This document shows, piece by piece, positions 36,672-48,229 of a DNA stretch of 50,143 bases. The translations under genes and the position numbers were made by a program. The stretch lies in NCBI RefSeq assembly GCF_004010195.1, contig NC_057757.1, positions 8,986,390 to 9,036,532 of the forward strand. Direction: 5' to 3'. Within the stretch, counting starts at the first letter, position 1, and every line of letters begins with the position of its first letter. The notes under the pieces are model-generated. The model saw only the letters and a list, made by a program, of their open reading frames with translations, ran no database searches and was not told the DNA's origin. Source of the stretch: Chiloscyllium plagiosum (taxonomy: Eukaryota).

Positions 36672-38860
36672 GTCCTGAGGGAAAAGTACGAAACTGGGCC
36701 AAGGCCAATTATATCAAAATTTGACAGGAGCTGGGAAATGAGGGTTGGGAGCAGTTATTTGAAGGGAAGTCCACATTTGCTGTTTGTGAGGCTTTCAAAG
36801 ATAGGTTGAAGATAGTGTCGGATAGGCATGCCTCTTTGAAAACAAAGGATAGAAAAGACAAAATTCCTGAACTGTGGATGACAGGAGAAATGGTGCGACT
36901 AGCCAAGAGGAAAGGGAAAGCGTACATAAGGTCCAAGCAGCGAAGACCAGAATGGGCCTTGGAGGAAGATCAGGAGGGTGGGACCAATCTTAAACGAGAA
37001 ATCAAATGGGCTAAAAGGGCTCATGAAATGACGTTAGCGAGCAGAATTAAGGAGATTCCCAAGGCCGTTTCTTCATGTATAAGAAGCAAGGGGGTATCTG
37101 GAGAAAGAGTTGGTCCACTAAAGCATAAGGAAGGAAGGTTGCGTGTCGAATCTGAGAAAAAGGATGAGATTCTCCATGAATACTTTACATCAGTATTCAA
37201 TGAGGAGAGGGACATGATCAATTTTGAGATTTAAGATAGGAGTTTATTTAATCTGGATCACGTTGACGTTAGGAGGGAAAAAACGTTGGGTATGCTCAAG
37301 GATATTAAGGTGGACAAATCCCAAAGGACCGGATGGGATCTATCCCAGGTTGCTGAGCGAGGCGAGAGAGGAAATAGCTGGGCCCTAACAGATAGCTTTG
37401 TCGCATCGTTAACACAGGAGAACTGGAGAGTGCTCATGTTGTCCCCCGTGCATGAAGTGTAGTAGGGATATTCCAGATAACTACAGACCAGTGAGCCTGA
37501 CATCAGAGGTGGGGAAGCGACTGGAGAAGGTACTGAGGGATAACATCTATTTATATTTGATAAATAATGGGCTTATAAGTGAAAAGCAACATGATTTTGT
37601 GTGGGGGAGATCGTGCCTTACCAACTTTATAGAGTTCTTTGAAGAAGTGACCAAGTTGGTAGATGAAGAAAAGGCTGTCGCTGTCATATATAATAAGGCA
37701 TTTGATAAGGTTCCCCGTGGTAAACTAATGGAGAAAGTGAAGTCACATGGTGTGCAGGGTGTTCTCACTAGGTGGACAAAGAACTGGTTGAGCAACAGGA
37801 GATAGAGACCAGTAGTTGAAGGGAGATTCTCTAAATGGAGAAAGGTGACTGTTCTGTTCCACAGGGATCAGTGCTGGGCCACTGTTGATGGCGATATACA
37901 TAAATGATCTGGAAGAGGGCATTGTTGGTCTGTTCAATAAGTTTGCAGAAGAAACGACGATTGGTGGAGCAGCAGAAAGCATAGGGGACTGTCACAGAAT
38001 ACAGGATTTTATATAGACAGACTGGAGAGTTGTGCTGAGAAGTGTCAGATGGTGTTCAATCCAGGCAAATATGAGGTGATGCATTTTGGGAAGTCTAATT
38101 CTAGAGCAAACTAGACTGTAAACAGAAGAGCCTTGGGAAAGGATGATGAGCAGAGAGATCTGGGAGTTCAGGTCCATTGTATCCTGAATGTGGCTGCACA
38201 TGTAGATAGAGTGGTCAAGAAGGCATATGGTATGCTTGCCTTCATTGGACAGGGTATTGAGCATAAGAGCTGGCAAATCATTTTAAAATTGCACAAGACT
38301 TTGTTTCGGCCCCGTTTACAATACTGTGTACAGTTCCTGTCCCCACATTACCAAAAGGATGTGGACCCTTTGGAGAGGGTACAGAGAGGGTGTACGAGAA
38401 TGTTGCCTGGTATGGAAGGTGCGAGCTATGAAGTGAGGATGATTGTGTAAGGATTGTTTTCATTAGAAAAAGGAGATTGAGGGCGAACCTGATTGAGGTT
38501 TACAAAAGCATGAAGGTTACAGACAGGGTGGATAGATATAAGCTTTTTCTCAAGGTGAGGGGGTCAATGACGAGAGGTCATGTGTTCAACTTGAGAGGTG
38601 AAAGGTTTAAGGGGATACACATGGAAAGTATTTTACACAGATGGAAGTAGGTGCCTGGAATGCGTTGCCAGCAGCGGTAGTATAGGCAGGCACGGTAGAT
38701 TCATTTAAGATGCATCTGGACAGTTGCAGGAGTAGGTGGGGAGCAGAGGGATCCAGATGCTTCGGAGTCGGGCGACACGTTTAGACAGTGGATTTGGATT
38801 GGCTCAGGCTTGGAGGGCCGAATGGCATGTTCCTGGGCTGTAAATTTTCTTTGTTCTTTG
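36672..38860 (+). mobile_element. CR1-like LINE ORF2 (RT) and 3' tail, degenerate
   Basis: NYRPVSLTSEVGK, GRSCLTNFIEFFEEVT, KAFDKVP, QRDLGVQVH, LERVQR motifs. Confidence 0.92.
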
Positions 38861-39562
38861 TTCTTGTTCGTTGTTTGGATGGCTTGTTGCTATTGGTTTT
38901 GGTTTCTTTGTGTCGCAAGACCCCCTGCCTTTCTGTCTGGGTTCTCTTTTGTTTGATGTGGAAGTTGTTGTAGATATAGCTGTCCATGACCATCAAGGAG
39001 GCTGCTACATTTCAACTTCGCACAATGTACTCCCCCCCACCCCCCCGCCCCCACCACCGGACCCTCTTCTTTCCCACTCCCCACACACTCAATTCTCAAC
39101 TTCCCACACTCTCCTCTCCTCCCAAACTCTCCTTTCTGACCCCACTTTCTCCTTTCCCCCCTCCCCACACTCTCCTTTACCTCTCCCCACACTCTCCTTT
39201 ACCTCTCCCCACACTCTCCTTTACCCCTCCCCACACNNNNNNNNNNNNNNNNNNNNNNNNNNNNNNNNNNNNNNNNNNNNNNNNNNNNNNNNNNNNNNNN
39301 NNNNNNNNNNNNNNNNNNNNNNNNNNNNNNNNNNNNNNNNNNNNNNNNNNNNNNNNNNNNNNNNNNNNNNNNNNNNNNNNNNNNNNNNNNNNNNNNNNNN
39401 NNNNNNNNNNNNNNNNNNNNNNNNNNNNNNNNNNNNNNNNNNNNNNNNNNCTTGCCCTTCCCCACACTCTCCTTTCCCACTCCCCACTCGCTCCTTTCCC
39501 CGTCCCCACTCTCTCCTTTCCCCCTCCACACACTCTCCTTCCCGCTCCCCATGCTGTCCTTT

Positions 39563-41501
39563 CATAGAACATACAACATAGGACAATACAGCACAGAACA
39601 GGCCCTTAGGCCCACGATGTTGTGCCGAACATTTGTCCTAGCTTAAGCACCCATCCATGTACCTATCCAATTTCCGCTTAATGGTCACCAATGATTCTGA
39701 CTCTGCCACTCCCACAGGCAGCGCATTCCATGTCCCCACCAATCTCTGGGTAAAGAACCCACCCCTGACATCCCCCCATACCTTCCACCCATTCACCTTG
39801 TAACACTCTGTTGTACCTGGGGAAAAGGTTTCTGACTGCCTACTCTATCTATTCCTCTCATAATCTTATAAAGCTCCATCAAGTCACCCCTCATCCTTCG
39901 CCGTTCCAATGAGAAAAGGCCTAGCAATCACAACTTATCCTCGTACAATGTATTCTCCATTCCAGGCAACATCCTGGTAAATCTTCTCTGCACCCTCTCC
40001 AAACCTACCACATCTTTCCTAAAGTGAGGCGACAAGAACTGCACACAGTACCCCAAACGTGGCCTAACCAAGGTCCTGTACAGTACAACATCACTTCACG
40101 ACTCTTGAATTCAATCCCTCTGCCAGTACACCATAGGCCTTCTTACAAGCTTTATGCACCTGAGTGGCAACTTTCAAAGATCTATGAACAGAGACCCCAA
40201 GATCCCTCTGCTCCTCCACCTTACTAAGAACCCTACCGTTAACCCTGTATTCCGTATTCTTATTTGTCCATCCAAAATGGACAACCTCACACTTGACAGG
40301 TTTGAACTCCATCTGCCACTCCTCAGCCCAGCTCTGCATCATATCTAAGTCTCTTTGCAGCTGACAACAGCCCTCCTTACTATCCACAACTCCACCAATC
40401 TTCGTATCATCTGCAAATTTACTGACCCACCCTTCGACTCACACTTCCAAGTCATTAATAAAAATCACAAACAGCAGAGGACCCAGAACTGATCCCTGCC
40501 GAACTTTTCTTGTAACTGTGCTCCAGGCTCAATAGTTACCATCTTCCACTACTCTCTGACCTCCGACCGGTTAGCCAGTTTTCTATCCAACTGGCCAAAT
40601 TTCCCTCTATCCCATGCCTCCTGACTTTTCGCATAAGCCTACCATGGGGAACCTGATCAAATGCCTTACTAAAATCCATGTACACTACATCCACTGCTCT
40701 ACCCTCATCCACATGCTTGGTCACCTCCTCAAAGAATTCAATAAGACATGTAAAGCAAGACCTACACTTCACAAATTCGTGCTGGCTGTCCCTAATCAAG
40801 CAGTGTCTTTCCATATACTCATAAATCCTTTCCCTCAGTACCCCTTCCATTACTTTGCCGACCACCGAAGTAAGACTAATTCTTCTGTAATTCCCGGGGT
40901 TATTCCTATTCGCTTTTTTGAACAGGGGCACAACATTCGCCACTCTCCAGTTCCCTGGTACCACCCCCGTTGACAGTGAGGATGAAAAGATCATTGCCAA
41001 TGGCTCTGCAATTTCCTCTCTTGCTTCCCACATAGTCCTAGAATATATCCCGTCAGCCCGTGGGACTTGTCTATCCTCAACTTGCTCAAAAAGTCCAGCA
41101 CATGTTCCTTCCTAAAAAATATCTCTTCTAGCTTACCTGTCCGTTTCACACTCTCCTCTTCAATGGTACGATCCCTCACGTTTGTAAATACTGAAGAAAA
41201 GTACTCATTCAAGACCTCTCCTATCTCTTCCGACTCAATACACAGTCTCCCACTACTGTCCTTGATCGGAACTACCCTCGTTCTCGTCATTCTCATGTTT
41301 CTCACATACGCATAAAATGCCTTGGGGTTACCCTTGATCCTATCCGCCAAAGATTTTTCATGCCCTCTCTTAGCTCTCCTAATCCTTTTATTCATCTCCC
41401 TTCTGGCTATCCTGTATCCCTCCAATGCTCTGTCTGAACCTTGTTTCCTCAACCTTATGCAAGCCTCCTTCTTCAACCTCCCTCGTCAACCAAGGTTCCC
41501 T
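39563..41501 (-). mobile_element. CR1-like LINE ORF2 3' portion
   Basis: Paralog of 18408-20340; NWRVANVVPLFKK, DFSKAFD, MEFKPVKCEVVHFG. Confidence 0.92.
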
Positions 41502-42239
41502 NNNNNNNNNNNNNNNNNNNNNNNNNNNNNNNNNNNNNNNNNNNNNNNNNNNNNNNNNNNNNNNNNNNNNNNNNNNNNNNNNNNNNNNNNNNNNNNNNNN
41601 NNNNNNNNNNNNNNNNNNNNNNNNNNNNNNNNNNNNNNNNNNNNNNNNNNNNNNNNNNNNNNNNNNNNNNNNNNNNNNNNNNNNNNNNNNNNNNNNNNNN
41701 NNNNNNNNNNNNNNNNNNNNNNNNNNNNNNNNNNNNNNNNNNNNNNNNNNNNNNNNNNNNNNNNNNNNNNNNNNNNNNNNNNNNNNNNNNNNNNNNNNNN
41801 NNNNNNNNNNNNNNNNNNNNNNNNNNNNNNNNNNNNNNNNNNNNNNNNNNNNNNNNNNNNNNNNNNNNNNNNNNNNNNNNNNNNNNNNNNNNNNNNNNNN
41901 NNNNNNNNNNNNNNNNNNNNNNNNNNNNNNNNNNNNNNNNNNNNNNNNNNNNNNNNNNNNNNNNNNNNNNNNNNNNNNNNNNNNNNNNNNNNNNNNNNNN
42001 NTATTCTCCTTGAAGCAGTTACGATTAAGAAGTGACCTTACGGAGATGTTCAAGATTATGAATGGTTTTGACAGGGTTAAGTAGGTTATTCTGTTTCCAC
42101 TAGTTGGTATGTCAGTATCTCGTGGTCACATTTCAACACAGTCAGCAAGGTCACTGGGAGTGAAATGAGGAGACACTTCTTTACTGAGAGAATAGTTAGG
42201 GTTTGGAATGCACTGCCTGCGGCAATGGTGGATGCAGAT

Positions 42240-42445
42240 TCCACACAATCCAAAGATGTGAAGGTTAGGTGGATTGGTCATGCTGAATTGCTCATAATGT
42301 TTAGAGATATGTAGAATAGGTGGATTAGCCAGAGGAAATGCAAAGTTGCAGGGATAGTGTGTGGTGAGTCTGGGTGGGAGGCTCTTTGGAGAGTTGGTGG
42401 GGACACGTTGGACCGAATGGCATTTCCATACTGCAAGGATTCACG
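42240..42445 (+). mobile_element. Degenerate HE1-type SINE 3' half
   Basis: CAATCCAAAGATGTGAAGGTTAGGTGGATTGGTCATGCTGAATTGC V-domain-like segment. Confidence 0.6.
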
Positions 42446-42669
42446 AACACCTGAGTGCACCTCTGTCCAGAGTGTTGAGCAGTTTTCTTTTTCAGAATTC
42501 ATTCCCAGGATGTGAGTGTTGCTGGCTAGGCCAGTATTTATCGCTCATCACTAATTGCCCAGAGGGCTGTTAAGCATCATCAACGCTGTTGTGGGTCTGG
42601 AGTCACAAAATAGGCCAGACCAGGTAAAGATGGCAGATTTCATTCCCCCAAAGAACATGAGTGAAAAGC

Positions 42670-42740
42670 TACTTGTTAGTATAGTATTTAGTATCCCTGT
42701 CTGTCACACGGGAGATTGGGTTCAATTCCCCAACAGGGAG
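42670..42740 (+). tRNA. tRNA-Asp(GTC) pseudogene
   Basis: TACTTGTTAGTATAGTATTTAGTATCCCTGTCTGTCACACGGGAGATTGGGTTCAATTCCCCAACAGGGAG aligns to canonical vertebrate tRNA-Asp-GTC. Anticodon at 42703-42705; many CpG-type transitions and a 1-nt deletion. Confidence 0.8.
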
Positions 42741-42789
42741 TGCATGCTGTACCTGAGCTCGGCAGTGCACCTGTAAGGGCATGTTCTCT

Positions 42790-43498
42790 TCTTTCAAAAG
42801 TAGATTGGAGGCAGATGTTCACAGGTGAAGGGATGGCTGGAAAATGGAAAGCCTTCAAAAATGAGACAGTGAGAGTCCAGAGACAGTATTTTCCTATTAG
42901 GGTGTAGGGCAAAGCTCGGAGAACTAGGGACATCCAGGGAATACTGAATTAAGAAGAAATTCAGGTTTAGTGAAGAAAATGAAGGAAGCATATGTCAAGT
43001 GCAGACAGCAGAGATCGATTGAATTCTCAGAAGAGTAAAGAAGAAGTAGAAGTATGCCTAAGAGGGAAATCAGGAGGGCAAAAACAGAACATGAGATAGA
43101 ATTGGTAAATAGGAATAAGGAGTTCTGTAAGTACATCAAGGACAAAAGGCTAACTAGGGAAAGAATAGAGATCAGAGTGGAGAGTGTGGTGCTGGAAAGG
43201 ACCTGAGGAAGGGCGTATGCCTGAAATGTCAATTCTCCTGCTCCTCGGATGCTGCCTGACCTGCTGTGCTTTTCCAGCACCACTCTCTCCATGCCGTTCT
43301 CCAGCATCTGCAATCCTCACTTTCTCCCCTTAAAGATCAGCAAGGCCAAACATATGAGGAACCACAGGAGATGGAGGAGATACTAAACAAATTTTTCACA
43401 TCAGTGTGGAGAGAGATATGGAAGATTGAGAACACTGGGAAATAAAAAGCAACATATTGAAAAAGGTCAACATTACAGAGGGTGAAATGTTGGACATC
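42790..43498 (+). mobile_element. CR1-like ORF2 fragment interrupted by a short Penelope-like palindromic insertion (~43170-43325)
   Basis: VDWRQMF..KWKAFKNE..RVQ segment; insertion carries GTGGTGCTGGAAA...TTTCCAGCACCAC arms and a decayed hammerhead core. Confidence 0.65.
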
Positions 43499-44750
43499 TG
43501 TATCTGTCTCTGTGTGTGTCTGTCCATGTGTGTTGCTGTCTGTATACCTTAGTGTGTAACTAGCTATGTGTATCTGTAGGTACATGTATATTAGTGTGTG
43601 CATTATAGTGCATTTTTCTTGCTTGGGTGTCTCTCCTGTGTGTACCTCTGTGTCTGTCCCTGTGTGTTTGTGTCTGAGAAGTGTCAATGTATCCATGTGC
43701 ATCGATGTTTGAGAGCATCTTTGTGTCTGTAACTCTGCTCAATGGGGTCTCTGTTGTTCTGGGGGGTGAAGTCATTGAAATAGGGTTAAACGCCTCTCTA
43801 TCTCTCTCTCTTTTTGTTTAAAGTGACAATGTTGATGTGTTTGTGTGTGTCCATCTCCGCCCGCAATGGGAATCATTTTGTCCTGATGGAAGTTTGAATG
43901 AATGAATTAAAATGTGATGATTCAAATGCTCAGAATCCGTCTCTCTCTGCCTGTCTGTCCTTTTCACATTTAAAGTGATACAATGCTATTCTCTGCTGGA
44001 CCCTGCACGTCATTGCACAACATTCGATTTATTTTTGGAGAAAGCATCGTAATCTGTAAATCTCTCTCATTGTACGTTTGCTTTGTTCTTTGAAAATGCC
44101 TTTGGAGACACATAGCAGTTTTGCCTGGTCCGTTGCAATGTTGTCCCTGAGATATGAGTAGGAGGAGATGAATATACCAAGTGCTGGTCTCATTCCCCCC
44201 CTGTTTTGACTCCTTTTTCACATAGAATTTGTGAGAGTACACCAGAAAACATTGTTAGCTGCAGAAAGTGCAATAACATTCACCCTGTCTCCTCACTGAA
44301 CGGTTAACTGGGTGATGCCTGGATGCAACTGCAATGGAAAGACTATTTAATGAGTATAATGTCAGGAATACTGCTCAAAGACAAATCTTTTCTACATTGC
44401 AGAGGGAGCACAACATTTTTTCACTCAGTGTGTGTGTGTCTGTGTCTGCGCCTGTATTGATGTGCTGTCAGTTTGGAATGTGCTGTGAGATTCTGCCCTT
44501 CCTCTCTCCCTGTCTGACAGAATCCTTGAGGATTTCTTTTCTTCCCCATCCTCCGATGCAGTGGTGTTTGGTGGCCAGCAGATGGCGGCATTCCATCATT
44601 TTCAACACGAGCTTCATGACACAATTTTAACTTTTTACCCCATGACAGAAAATATTTGTTTGTGACTGTACTGGAGGAGCAACCCATTGCAAATGGGAAC
44701 CTTGATGCTAAAAAATAATGAGCCCAGCCATTTGTTATCACATATAAGTT

Positions 44751-44848
44751 TTATTTATTTATAACATAAGGAACTCATGTAACTAGATATTTTGCTGTGT
44801 TAATGAACTTTGCTCTGAATCTGGACAATGTTGCTGCATAAATAAATG
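44751..44848 (-). pseudogene. Relic of a further GPR139-like gene (TM7/helix 8/C-terminus only)
   Basis: Minus strand reads FIYAATLSRFRAKFINTAKYLVT*VPYVINK*, homologous to the C-termini of copies A-C. Confidence 0.8.
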
Positions 44849-45165
44849 CTTTGCCGATGGGTTCTGATAACATTGTGTAATCGCTGGCCACAACTTCCTG
44901 ACTTGGGAATACACCATGATCCCTTCAGGGTAGCGAGGTCAAAATCCTAGAATTCTCTCCCTAACAGTTGTTGGTCTACCTACAACACATGAGCTGCAGT
45001 GGTTCAAGGAAACAGCTAGCCACCACCTTCTCAAGAGGCAACTAGGGATGGATAATAATGGCTGACTCAGTCAGTGAGGTCAACATCCCATGAGTGATTG
45101 CGAAAAATATCACTTCATGGTCTGGAACTTCACTGTAGAGGTTTGTTTTTCATTACACAAGGTAT

Positions 45166-46043
45166 TCATGTAACCAGAGATCTTACTGCGTTACTGATCT
45201 TCACTCTGAACCGGGGCAATGTTGCTGCATAAATAAATGTGTTTGTGCAACAGTTTAGGTTCTGCAGCATGAAACCAACTCTTCTGAAATGATATAGAAG
45301 AGGTGGGTAATCATCAGGATTAATTCCTCGAATGACATAATATAAGAAATCTACAACAGTGATTAACCACAGGACGATGAAGCTCCCAGAGATGGTGAAG
45401 AGCAAAATCGCAGCCTTCCTTCTGCTCTCCATCTCTGGGTCTTTGTGATTCTCTCCTTTGCTCTCACCCTTCAGCCTCTTCCGGACTCGACTGGTCACTA
45501 AAATGTGTCTGACTGTCAGAGCATTGAGCAACAGAATTAAAGCGAATGGCAGTAAAGGGGTTAAAACTGTATCAAGCCAATCTAATCCCACCCACCAAGT
45601 CTCAGTGTAGGAGCTTGATTTTGTTAGACAGTAGAATGCCACATTGTTAATTATCCTTTTAGGTTCATACTGAAAATAGAAGGGGATGTTTTTCAAGCAA
45701 AACAGGGTGCAGGTTGTTGCGAGAACCACAGTCGCAGTTTTCTTAGTGCAATATTTTGTTCTCAGCTTCTGACAACAAATGGTCACAAATCGGTCAAAGG
45801 AGAAAGCGATGGTAAACCAGACAGAGCAGTCTGTCGCTGCATGAGTCAGGGCCCCAATAACACTGCACACAGGCGTGATGTCCAGGAAACATCGTGGGTA
45901 ATAATAAAAGCGAAATCTCGCCAGTATAATATCAGTGAAAATGACCATTAGATCAGCAGCCGCCATAACCACAAGGTAACGGGTAGAGCAAGGGGAAACA
46001 CCACAGTTGCCCTGGGAAAGGATAACGATCGCCAGCAAATTAA
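45166..46043 (-). CDS. GPR139-like class A GPCR copy C, exon 2 (spliced protein 314 aa)
   Basis: Acceptor TTTTTCTCCCATAG at 46044-46045; uninterrupted 7TM frame (ORF 45166-46038 plus V-N); 67+878 nt = 315 codons. Confidence 0.9.
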
Positions 46044-46870
46044 CTATGGGAGAAAAATTGGAAAAGATGCGGTGAATTACTGATCAGATATGTCTCCTAC
46101 CTGTTCCAAGGAGAAACAATAAGATTTTACCAACAACTATTAGAGCCAACTCTGTTTGGCACAGAACCCCATTCATACCCTAATTATTCCTCAGTCATTG
46201 GATTGTGGATAAACCAAACTCACTCCTGCTGTTGACATTGGACCAAATCCTTATCAGAGCTGCAACAGGACCACAAAACAGGTAATCAGAATCTGAGTAA
46301 AATTTCAAGCAAGACTACTCCATGTCTCTTATACAAATGCAGCATAACAGATCAAACAGGGCTGCTTCAGTGAGAATGTGAAAGTGTTCATACTGCTGTG
46401 ATATTTACACTGTAAATCTATCGATCTGTACATGACAGACATTTCAATGTGCAGAGATCAGGAGGGCAATTTTCAAGATTTTAATCTCCTGACAAGGTGA
46501 GAAGGAGAGAATTTTCAGAAGAGATACTAGTAAGATGAAGCTTTACAAATCAAAACAGCTTTGATATCCTTCAATTCCATTGTTAAATGAAGATTTAAAA
46601 TTAATAAGTGATCCCTTGTGAAAAAGATTTCCAAACCTCGCCCACCCTTTGTGTGTAGAAGACCTTCCAAATATCTCTCCTGAATGATTTGACTCTAAAT
46701 CACAGAGTATGGTCCCTCATTCCAGAATCCCCCACCAATAGTATTAGTCTATCTTTTCCTGCTAATATCACTCAGATCTGCCCTTAACCTTCTGCCAAAA
46801 ACAGGCCTCGTTTGTACAACAAAAACTAATTGCTTAACAGGTCTGGCAGCATCTGTGGGAGATAAAGCAG

Positions 46871-46908
46871 AGTTAACGTTTCGGGTCCAGTGACCCTTCT
46901 TCAGAACT
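46871..46908 (-). ncRNA. Minimal type I hammerhead ribozyme motif (Penelope-derived) in the copy C intron
   Basis: AGTT-CTGAAGA-A-GGGTC-ACTG-GACCC-GAAAC-GTT-AACT: 4-bp stem I, 5-bp stem II, palindromic ACGT stem III. Activity is untested. Confidence 0.6.
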
Positions 46909-47145
46909 AACTTGCTTTAGATGACGGAACACTGAGATCAGAAAATGCTGCTGCAGCAGTGAAGTTGGGAGTCTCTGTCAGTGGAGAATTGTACTGAGAA
47001 TGCTGCTCAGTGAATTGCTGTCACTGTCCCAGGGTCTGGATAAGGCTGACCAGTCAGTGAGCTGGAGATGTTATTGTTCAAAAGGTAAAACCAAAGAGCA
47101 GATCAGCAACAGATTAAAGCAAGTTCAATTGTCATAACACCATAC

Positions 47146-47212
47146 CTGGGATGCCAATAACACCAAGAATGGTATAGAACACCTTCTGCACATGTTGAAT
47201 TGGCAGGTGCAT
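47146..47212 (-). CDS. GPR139-like GPCR copy C, exon 1
   Basis: ATG 47212, MHLPIQHVQKVFYTILGVIGIP + G, donor CAG|GTATG, phase 1. Confidence 0.87.
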
Positions 47213-47267
47213 TTTCCTGTGCGAGGTGATCTGTCCCTTAAGGCAGCTGACAAACTCCTTGGTTGAG

Positions 47268-47492
47268 ACTCTGAGCTGATGCATTCCCAGAGACGCTGCC
47301 TTATACTGTGTGGAAGCTCCTTGGGGAGATCGAGGTGACAGCATTGCTCGGCTTTGTTGCTGTTTTTCACATTTCTGGAAATGAACAAACCCATTACAAT
47401 AACAAGTGTAATCCTGATTACAGAGGGGGGTTACATGATAATGAAATAACAAAAGCAGAAACTGGAATCTGCCAGCAATAACGCTATCCACT
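47268..47492 (-). promoter_or_regulatory. Putative proximal promoter of GPCR copy C
   Basis: TATAAG 47300-47305 (minus), O/E-like 47318-47327, palindrome 47407-47422; 98% identical to 14011-14235. Confidence 0.55.
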
Positions 47493-48229
47493 CAAACACT
47501 ATGAGCCCCATCCCAAGATCACACCCTAATTCATGCTGGTATTGAATTGGAGTGGACAAGTTCAACCTGTTGGACTAAAACCTGGTGTCGTGTGATTTTT
47601 GACAAATTATTTCAACTGATGCTGCATCAAGACAGTTCATTCCAAGTGTGAACATGTGTCTCTGAGCTGTCCTTCTGTACTCTCGGGTAGGAGCAGCCTA
47701 CTTTAAACAAGAACATTTCACTCACTGATTGAAATGTGATTCTTCTCACACACTGAATGTGTACATCACTGCGAGGTCAGCATTTATTCCCCATTCCCAA
47801 TTTTCCAGGATCTTGAGTCACATGAAGGGCCAAGTGAGGAAAACATACTGCCTTTCCTGAGGGAAGGGGTCTCAGTGAACAAGATGGACTTCCAACAATG
47901 GGGACGTCACTGACCTCCCTTTTGTTGTCACTGTCCATTCTTCTCAAGGGGCATCTGGGGACGGGTAATAAATAATGACTACCCAGTGACACCCACATCC
48001 CACCAATGAATATAACCCTGGGGATACCATCTATCATGTAGCCCCTAAGTGTGCCCGGTATTATTCAGAGTGATAGTACCCATGTATTGCGACATCTACT
48101 TTTTGCAGCCTTCAGTCATAGCGACCGGTTTCCCAAGTTATACCGAGGGGAGTGCAGCTTGATGTTAGAGGAACCGAATTCATGGATGACAAACTCTAGC
48201 CATGTGATGGTATGGCCTGTTCAATTCAC

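Noticed and set aside
45166..47212. Assigning the symbol GPR139 as a true ortholog
   Set aside because: Similarity is family-level and there are multiple divergent tandem paralogs; orthology needs phylogeny and synteny.
47132..47491. 119-aa ORF (and 14007-14234) as a separate gene or long N-terminal extension
   Set aside because: Starts at GTG and overlaps the promoter block. The in-frame ATG 72 nt upstream of the chosen start is followed by TGA in copy A and lies too close to the TATA-like box to be transcribed. Not fully excluded for B and C.
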